64,000 nt of DNA from Mobula hypostoma. Lineage: Eukaryota. The DNA lies in the NCBI RefSeq assembly GCF_963921235.1, contig NC_086097.1, forward strand, positions 180,298,001 to 180,362,000. Reading direction: 5' to 3'. Position 1 is the stretch's first letter; every line of letters begins with the position of its first letter. This document shows, piece after piece, positions 34,709 through 43,500 of the stretch. The notes below the pieces were generated by a model. It ran no database searches. It worked only from the letters and a program-made list of their open reading frames with translations, and was not told the origin of the DNA. Made by a program: the position numbers and the translations under genes.

Positions 34709-36362
34709 CACGAGGAAATCTGCAGATGCTGGAAATTCAAGCAACACACACAAAATGCTGGTGGAACGCAGCAGGCCAGGCAGCATCTGCAGGAAGAGGT
34801 ACAGTCGACGTCTCGGGCCGAGACCCTGCGTCAGGACTAACTGAAAGAAGAGATAGTAAGAGATTTGAAAGTGGGAGGGGGAGGGGGAGATCCGAAATGA
34901 TAGGAGAAGACAGGAGGGGGAGGGATGGAGCTTAGAGCTGGAAAGTTGATTGGCAAAAGGGATACAAGGCTGGAGAAGGGAGAGGATCAAGGGACAGGAG
35001 GCCTAGAAAAGGGGAGGGGAGGGGAGCACCAGAGGAAGATATAGTGAGAGGGACAGAGGGAGAAAAAAAGAGAAAGAAAGGGGAAAAAATAAAAAAGTAA
35101 TAAATAAATAGATAAAGGATGGGGTAAGAAGGGGAGGAGGGGCATTAACAGAAGTTAGAGAAGTCAATGTTCATGCCATCAGGTTGGAGGCTACCCAGAT
35201 GGAATATAAGGTGTTGTTCCTGCAACCTGAGTGTGGCTTCATCTTATCAGTAGAGGAGGCCGTGGATAGACATGTCAGAATGGGAATGGGACATGGAATT
35301 AAAATATGTGGCCACTGAGAGATCCTGCTTTCTCTGGTGGACAGAGCGTAGGCGTTCAGCGAAACAGTCTCCCAGTCTGCATCGGGTCTCGCCAATATAT
35401 AGAAGACCGCACCGGGAGCACCGGACGCAGTATATCACACCAGCCGACTCACAGGTGAAGTGTCACCTCACCTGGAAGGACTGTCTGGGGCCCTGAATGG
35501 TGGTGAGGGAGGAAGTGTAAGGGCATGTGTAGCACTTGTTCCGCTTACAAGGATAAGTGCCGGGAAGGAGATCGGTAGGAAGGGATGGGGGGTGGGAACG
35601 AATGGACAAGGGAGTCGTGTAGGGAGCGATCCCTGCGGAAAGCAGAAAGGGGGGGGAGGGAAAGATGTGCTTGGTGGTGGGATCTTTTTGGAGGTGGAGG
35701 AAGTTACGGAGAATAATATGTTGGACCCGGAGGCTGGTGGGGTGGTAAGTGAGGACAAGGGGAACCCTATCCCTAGTGGGGTGGTGGGAGGATGGGGTGA
35801 GAGCAGATGTGCATGAACATCCCAGTGGTCACACATTTTAATTCCACGTCCCATTCCCATTCTGATATGTCCATGCATGGCCTCCTCTACTGTCAAGATG
35901 AAGCCACACTCAGGTTGGAGGAACAACACCGTATATTCCATCTGGGTAGCCTCCAACCTGATGGCATGAACATTGACTACTCTAACTTCTGTTAATGACC
36001 ACCTCCCCTTCTTACCCCATCCCTTATCTATTTATTTTTTCCTCTTACTTTCTCTCTCGTTTCTCCCTCTGTCCCTCTCACTATACCTTCCTCTGGTGCT
36101 CCCCTCCCCCTTTCTTTCTCCCTTGGCCTCCCACCCCATGATCCTCTCCCTTCTCCAGCCTTGTATCCCTTTTGCCAATCAACTTTCCAGCTCTTAGCTC
36201 CATCCCTCCCCCTCCTTCTTCTCCTATCATTTCTGATCCCCCTCCCCCTCTCAAATCTCTTCTTTCAGTTAGTCCTGACTAAGGGTCTCGGCCCAAAATG
36301 TCAACTGTACATCTTCCTATAGATGCTGCCTGGCCTGCTGTGTTCACCAGCATTTTGTGTGT
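34709..36362. mobile_element. Composite inverted (palindromic) PLE insertion with a 14-bp TSD
   Basis: Minus-strand copy at about 34709-35815 joined to a plus-strand copy at about 35817-36362, both with GIY-YIG C-terminus and terminal repeat. TSD ATCACCAATGTTTT at 34695-34708 and 36363-36376. Confidence 0.9.
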
Positions 36363-36444
36363 ATCACCAATGTTTTACCTGAAACCAGGTGTTGCTAGGG
36401 AGCTGTGTGTAATGAGCTTATTTTTCTCTGTCATGTAGGTAACC

Positions 36445-37677
36445 ATGGACAAATTTACACATCTCCTCCTGCTCCTCCTGAACACAGGACTCCTCACTGC
36501 CTGTCCCAAGAAATGTTCCTGCTATTCTAAAGCAGTTGACTGCCGCAGTGTCTCTCTGCTGAATTTTCCACCTGACATTGACCATGGAACAGAAACATTA
36601 TACCTGGATGAAAACTCTTTGATCAGAATCCCTCAGAATGCTTTTAAAAACCTCACAAACCTAAGCTACCTTGGTTTATCAAGAAATTGCCTCCTCCTTC
36701 ACAACTACACGTTTGATTTTCTGCTTGAACTCCAAGCTTTGGACTTGTCTGCCAACTACCTGTTGGAGATACAAGTGGACCTGTTTGGAAACCTTCCAAA
36801 CCTCACCTGGTTAAACCTGGCCAATAACAAATTTAAAACTCTCCCTGTGATGAGGCGTCATGAGAAACTGACTTACCTAGATTTATCCAACAATGAACTC
36901 ACGGTGCTCCAGAGAACATTCAACAACTTCCCTCGGCTGGACACCCTGCTTCTCAACAATAACAGACTGCAAACACTCCCATCAACACTGTTACACTCAC
37001 TACATCTCCTCGATGTTCTGGACTTGTCCAACAATGAGCTAAGCTCCCTCCCTCTCCAACTCTTCAAGAACCATCGCAAGCTGACCGATCTGCGTCTGGA
37101 CCACAACAAGTTAAAGAATCTCACAGCATCTTTGTTCAGCCATCAGGTTAATTTACAGTACCTAACCATCTCTGGGAACTTCATTACCAGTCTCTCACCT
37201 CATATATTTGCTAATTTGACCAAAATATTGATGCTTGACTTATCTAACAACTCATTGACCTGTCTACCAAAAATCCTCATCTCTGGTCTGAAAGCACTGC
37301 AAACATTGAAGCTCTCTGATAATCTTATTAATGAACTGAAGAGTGAAACATTCAGACATAACCCTAACCTAACATTCCTGTACCTGGACAACAACCAGCT
37401 CAGCAGCCTTCCAGTATTTGAAGGACTAACACATCTGGAAGAGCTGACTTGTTCCTTTAATAAGCTCATTGGCTTTCCAAGAGGATTTGCTGAGAATCTC
37501 CTAAAGTTGAAGTGTCTGCTGGTCACCAACAACCTCATTAGGCAATGGGACCCTGAGATGTTCCAAAACATTACCTCGGTCCTCTTGAAGGACAATCCAG
37601 TCTGTTCCGAGGCAATGGCAGCACCTGTCCAATCCACACACATTGACTGCAGGAAGGAGCAGTGCTCCTCAGTGTGA
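36445..37677 (+). CDS. Predicted secreted leucine-rich repeat protein (410 aa; signal peptide, LRRNT, 14 typical LRRs, degenerate LRRCT; GP5/CPN2/LRRC15-like architecture)
   Basis: Uninterrupted ORF with good Kozak context (ACCATGG), 6 nt after a splice acceptor (tttttctctgtcatgtag|GTAACCATG). Hydrophobic leader LLLLLLNTGLLTA, CPKKCSCYSKAVDC cap, LxxLxLSxNxL repeats of 21-24 aa, C-terminal NPVC...C...C, several NxS/T sequons. Confidence 0.93.
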   Translation: MDKFTHLLLLLLNTGLLTACPKKCSCYSKAVDCRSVSLLNFPPDIDHGTETLYLDENSLIRIPQNAFKNLTNLSYLGLSRNCLLLHNYTFDFLLELQALDLSANYLLEIQVDLFGNLPNLTWLNLANNKFKTLPVMRRHEKLTYLDLSNNELTVLQRTFNNFPRLDTLLLNNNRLQTLPSTLLHSLHLLDVLDLSNNELSSLPLQLFKNHRKLTDLRLDHNKLKNLTASLFSHQVNLQYLTISGNFITSLSPHIFANLTKILMLDLSNNSLTCLPKILISGLKALQTLKLSDNLINELKSETFRHNPNLTFLYLDNNQLSSLPVFEGLTHLEELTCSFNKLIGFPRGFAENLLKLKCLLVTNNLIRQWDPEMFQNITSVLLKDNPVCSEAMAAPVQSTHIDCRKEQCSSV

Positions 37678-37837
37678 GATGGAAATAACATTTACAGAAG
37701 GTGTCAGTGATTTACTAATGCACGGAGATAACTGGTGAGATAGGTGAGATTTAAGAGAAGTTATTAAATTCCATCCATGTACTATATTGGTTCAGTTTAA
37801 TACCCACCTCCCTCAACATTTCACAAGTCCTTTTGGT

Positions 37838-38150
37838 TGGTGTGGCACGGTAGCACGGTGTTTGGCATAACTCTTTACAGTGCCAGTGATCAGAAGATTG
37901 GGGTTCAATTCCCGCGGCTGTCTGTAAGGAGTTTGTATGTTCTCACTGTGACCACGTGTATTTCCTCCAGGTGCTCTGGCTTCTTCCCACATTCCAGAGA
38001 CGTAGGGGTTAGATGTTGTGGACATGCTGTGTTGGCACCAGAAGCACGCTGACACACGTGGGCTGTCCCCAGCACATCCTCACACTGTACTGGTCATTGA
38101 CACAAAAAAATTAACCATGTTTCAATATATAAATAAAGTTCATCTCTACT
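37838..38150 (+). mobile_element. tRNA-derived SINE
   Basis: A-box-like TGGCACGGTAGC, B-box GGGTTCAATTCC, body CTGTAAGGAGTTTGTATGTTCTC, AATAAA tail. Same family at 11815, 42947, 46462 and 59180-59500 (minus). Confidence 0.75.
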
Positions 38151-40033
38151 CTTTAAGAATTAGGGAAGTAATAGACTTTTTTTGCAAAAGGCCTGTTCAA
38201 AATGAAAAAAAAAACAATTTCTCTACAGCATCATGAAGGAGTCGCAGCAACATTTTGTCAATCAACTCATCCCATTGGAGATATAATTTGGTTGCAAAGG
38301 CTGGTCCATAACAACATACCTTTTCCTCAACATGGGACAGTGGGGGCAACTACAGCAAAACCTTATGTTTGTGGGTCACCTTCATGGGAGAGCCAAGGAT
38401 CACATTTAGGGGGCAGTGGGGCTAGTGACCCTGGGCTGTGAGCTAAGTTCTAGAAAAGACAGAGCGAAAGGTTTGACACAATGAACTCTACTAATCAGAG
38501 ACCATTTAGACCTGGGGATGATCAGAAAATCTGAACCAAAGGAGCAAGGAGTTGGAGTATGGCTGGAGCATACATGGTACAATGGGTCATCCACACCTTC
38601 ACTTCCAAAGCCTTTCCATTGTAGGGTCTGACCAAAGGGGAAAGAGATCTGATTGTTCCAGAGTCCCAGAAGAGGGGAAATAGTGAAGATGGCAAATGGC
38701 TTCATAGTGGGAGGGAACTGGGGGTCGGGTGGTCAGGGGAGGAAATGATGGGAGGAAGCCGGTGGTCAGTGGGGAAGGAGCCAGAGGTTGGTGGAGAGAT
38801 GCAGAGGAAGACCCATCATGGGGCTGAAGGCTTTATGTAAAGTTCCTGCCTAGACCCTCATGGTTTGGCACTAAGCGATGGGTCAGGGGCTTCCTGCACT
38901 GGAAACTATTTCTTGCACTGTACTGCTGCCACAAAACAGCAAACTTCACATTATCTGAGTCAGTTATGCTGAACCAGATTCTGGTTCTGACAGACTTTCA
39001 TTGGTGACTTCATTAGGCTTACTTTGTGATGAAATACTACATGTTGCTCCCGCACACAATGCTGCGGAATGAAAAAGGTCTGAACTCGGTGCTGCTGTGA
39101 CCTTCCATCTCCCTCTGGCTCGCTGATGATGATGGGGCCCGAGTCAATCCAAGAGGGTCAGTACTCTGAAGGCCTGTCAACAGCAGGTCAATTCCTGCCC
39201 AAGGCCAGAGGCTTAGAGCCACACAGCACAGGAGCAGGCCCTTTGGCCCATCTCGTCCATGCTAAGTTACCCATCTAAGCTAGCTCTATTTGCCCGTCCA
39301 TATTCCCTCTAAACCTGTCCTGTGCATGTATCTATCCAAGAGTCTTCTAAACATTGTAATTATAATCACTCTGGCAGCTTCCCATCCTTTATGTGGAAAA
39401 ATTTACCCGTCGGATCCCTTTAACTTTTTTCCCCTCTCATTTTAAACCTCTGCCCTCTGGTTTTAAAATCCCCTAGCCCGTGTCTCATTGTGTTGATCAG
39501 ACTGCAATATACCAAGTGCCACTGAATTTCTGAGCACAAGCAATAGTTTACTGACTCTGCATGGCTCCCACTGGTTAACTGGAACCTATCGAAAGTCAAC
39601 TGCTCCTCACAAATAGATAAGGTAGAGGCAGGAAAGTTGTCTCTACTGCTAGGTGAGACTAGAACTAAAGGACGTAGTCTCAAGATTTGGAGGAGTGGAG
39701 TTAGGATGGAGATGAGGAGAAACTGTTTTTCCCAGTGAGTAGTGGAATTCTCTGCCCAGGAAATCAATAGAAGCTACCAAATTAAATTTATTTAAGACAC
39801 AGCTGGATAGATTTTTGCATAACAGAGGAATTAAGAGTTGTGGGGAAAAGGCAGGTAGGTGGAGATGAGTCCTTAGCCAGATCCGCCATGATCTAATTGA
39901 ATGGAGGATCAGGCTCTATGGGCCAGATGGCCAACTCCTGCCCCCAGTTCTTATGTTCTTAAACAGCTATGTCTCAGGTACATGATTTTTTCTGGATCAG
40001 TTAATATAAAGACACACAGTTATAGATAAAAAT

Positions 40034-40039
40034 TTTATT
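40034..40039 (-). terminator. Probable polyadenylation signal of the TTC19-family gene
   Basis: AATAAA on the minus strand about 340 nt after the stop codon, followed by TGTGTGTCTTT (GU/U-rich element). Confidence 0.6.
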
Positions 40040-40377
40040 TTGTACAACTCCAGAGTACCCCTTAATGCCCAAAAACCAATAAACAATCTAAAAATTCCTG
40101 GTTCTCCTTAAAATCAGTGTCAGGCACAGATACAGGAAAAACCTCACTTCATAGAAAGATTGGCATTTCAAGGCTCCCTCAGTACTGCCCCTGCCAGTGC
40201 TGAGATCCTTTGGTACTGCCCCCTTCAGTAGTATATTGGAGTCCTGGCCCGGACTTAGAGCTGCAATATCTGGACCAGAGCCTGTAACGTGCTGACCTTT
40301 CTGGTAAATCCCAAACCACCGGGGCAGTGTCCTGAAGAACCATTCTGGGGCTGTAGATAATGCAGTGTAAATCTCTG

Positions 40378-40535
40378 TCACTGATGCCTTGCCTGTCCTT
40401 GACCATGGGAGCTGTGAGTGCTGGCATCTAGTTCCTCCAGACCCTCCTGGATGTGCTGCATTGCCAGTTCATCGCCCTTCAACTTTGCCTGTTTCAGGGC
40501 CTCCTCGTAGACCTTCCTAGCTTCAGTGTAGTTCC
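40378..40535 (-). CDS. TTC19: TTC19-family exon 10 (last coding exon)
   Basis: gacag|GGAACTAC...[42 protein letters not shown]. Confidence 0.93.
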
Positions 40536-43500
40536 CTGTCAGAAAGCAGAAGTGGTGGATGATGTAAAGGATCTGGCCACTGTCAGCTGTGGCTTCCCGG
40601 CAGTTTATACAGAACACAGAAAAGTACAACCCAGGAATAGGCCCTACAACCCAGCATGCCCTTGTCAAAAACCTGCACATGATACATATCCTTTCATTAC
40701 CTGCATATTCCTATGTCTAACAGCCTCTTCAATACCACAATCCCATTTGCTTCCACCATCCCTGGAAGCCACCCACCACCATCCGTGAATGAAAAACTTG
40801 TCCTGCACACCTCAGTTGAATTTACCCTTTCTCACATTAAATGCATGTCTTCTTGTACTTCACATTTCTTCTCTGTAAAAGAGACTGACCGTCTACCCCA
40901 TCTATGCCTCCCAGAATTTTGTAAACTTATCAGGTCTCCCCTCAGTCTCAGACCAGAGAAAATGACTTTGTCCAAACTTTCTCTGTAGCTCACAGAACAC
41001 ACATCAAATGTTGGAAGCACTCAGCAGATCAGGCAACATCTATGGAAGGAAATGAACAGTCAACATTTTGAGCTGACACCCTTAATCACAACTGAAAAAG
41101 GGGTACACGCTCTCTAATCCAGGCAGCATCCTGGTGAACTCTCTTACACCCTCTCCAAAGCCTCTACATCCTTTATGTAATGGGGTGACCAGAACTACAC
41201 ACTCTAAGTGCGTCCTAACCAACTGCTATATGCATTCCTGACACATACTCAATGCTCTGACTAATGAAGGCAAGCACACCATATCTAACACACAGAAAAC
41301 CCTGGAAGAACTCAGCAGGTCAGGCAGCATCTATGGAAATGAATAAACATTCAATAGGTGAAGTCAGGTGGGTGGGAAAGGTAAAAGGCTGGAGGAAGAG
41401 GAATCTAATAGGATACGGGACTGTGGCAGCGAGTCTGGGTGAGTACATGGTTGAAGAGTTGCAGGGCAGCACACAAAGGGGGAGCAATGAGATAGTGTTT
41501 CACTAAATTCCCATTGAAGAGAAGATTTAAACTTCTTCCGGATAGGCATCCCTCGGAGTCTTCAGAGAGCAGCAGCAAGTCATAAACACAAGGGATTCTG
41601 CACATGCTGCCTTCTTCACTTTCTCTGCTTGTGTGGCCACTTTCAGCGAGAAATGGACGCTATGCAGGAGGGATGTTTCTTCTCTGAATCTCGATACCCC
41701 TCTTCCCCCAACTACTTCCCCTCCGACCCCTTAATAAACCTACCTACCCTCTGGATCCTGAACCTGCCAGCTCCTGTTCCTGGAATTCTTCTCGCCTGTC
41801 CTTCAGTATTGAAGGTACTAAGTAAATGCAATTGGATCCAGGAGACAGAAGCACATGAAGTGCTGGCCTGAGAGCCAGCGACTCCTATCTTATTATCCCG
41901 GGGTTTGCCACTTCAACTCACACTTAGGCAGATTAGGAAATGGGCAATTGGGAAATGGGCTGCTGGAAAATTCAGGATAAGAATTCCTCCTCACCAGTAA
42001 CAGGGGAAGGGAGTTACTTGGATAGGAAAGGTTTGCAAGGATGATATGGGCCAAATGCAGGCAAATAGGACTAGCTTAGATAGGAATATTGGTTGGCCTA
42101 ACATGATGGGCTGTACGACCCAACGACCCTGTGTCAAGACTCACCACGTCATTTATTTTTGTTATGTTAGCTGTGAAGTATTTATTAGCCCAGGGACATG
42201 GGGGAGACCTACCCTGTTCCTTCAAGAAATAGTTTTGTTGGATATTGACATCCACCTGAGAAGGCAGGGCCTTTTGTGGCCTCGATTTACAGGCAGCCCC
42301 TCCAACAGTGCAGTTTGAAACATCAGCTTTGTGCCACAATTCTCTGCCCCAGAAAGCAGTGGAGGCTGAGTCATGGAGTCATACAGCATGGTAACAAGCC
42401 CTTCGGCCCATCTAAGCTTGTCCTATTTGGTCACGTTTGGCCCATATCCCTCTAAACCTTTCATATCCAAGAATTGTCTGAATTCCTTTGAAAATTATGC
42501 AGAACAAGGTTTGATGGCTATGAATCACAGGATGGAAATAGTCTAGGAAAATGGGGATGAGGCAGATCAACTGTGATGTAGTTCCATATTGGAGCAAGCT
42601 CAAAGTTTAAAATGGCTGATTCCAGTTCCTGTTTGAGAGTCACAAAGTTAATACAACACATAAACAGGCCCTTTAGCCTAACGTGTCCATGCTGAGCTAG
42701 TCTCTTTGCATTTGGCCCAGATCTCTCTGACTCTTATTCCCAATTATCTTGTAGATTGTTTAAAATTCTGACCAAATAAGTCTTGACCACCTCAGTCCCT
42801 CCCTCAGTCCTTCCTCCATTTCTTGGGAGAGCCAGTCAGTCCCCTCAGTCCTTCGTATATTCCTGGAGAGAGAACACCCCCCCATTCCTCCTCTCTTGGG
42901 GAGAGCCAGCCACTTCACCAGGGTCTCCCTGGTCTGAGGCCAAGTAATGGGTGATATGGTGGTATAACTGTTAGCGTAATGCTTTACTGCACCAGCGATC
43001 AGAAGATCGGGGTTCAATTTCTGCCATCATCTGTAAGGAGCCTTTATTGAGTTGAACTATCTTTATTGTCATTATACATAGGTACAATGAAACTCTGTTT
43101 GGCTTCCTCTCAGGCAATTAAATAGAGCGGTAGGTAAAAACAAGACAGTAATAAAAACAAGTATTAAATAAGTAGCAGAAAATAAGTTGCAGCAGCACCA
43201 GAATATCACAGTAATGCACAAAGTGCCCTTAGTGCAAGTATTTGAGTCCTTGTGTGTGCATGTGTGTGCTCACAGTTTCAGTCATTGTTCTGTGGGAGTG
43301 GTGCGATGGAGGCCACAGCTCTGGGATAGGAGCTGTTCCTCAGTCTATTTGTTCTGGCTTTTAGTGTCCTGAACCTTTTGCTGGACGGCAGCGGGTCAAA
43401 CAGGGAGTGGCCAGAGTATGTGGTGTCTCTGGTTATGCTGATTGCTTTCCTCCTGAGTCTGCTGGGATAGATGGTGACCAGGCCTGGGAGCTCCATCCTG

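Noticed and set aside
18000..36400. TMEM241 or other expected RIOK3 neighbours
   Set aside because: No exon translating to a recognisable TMEM241, ZSWIM7 or NCOR1 peptide was found by eye; very short exons could have been missed.
36445..37677. Calling the LRR gene a VLR, TLR or a named gene such as LRRC15, CPN2 or GP5
   Set aside because: It has no stalk/GPI, no TIR or TM, no flanking LRR cassettes and no diagnostic match I can recognise; only the architecture is shared.
37663..37677. C-terminal CSSV as a CAAX or PDZ-binding motif
   Set aside because: The protein has a signal peptide and no TM segment, so the C-terminus would not be cytosolic.
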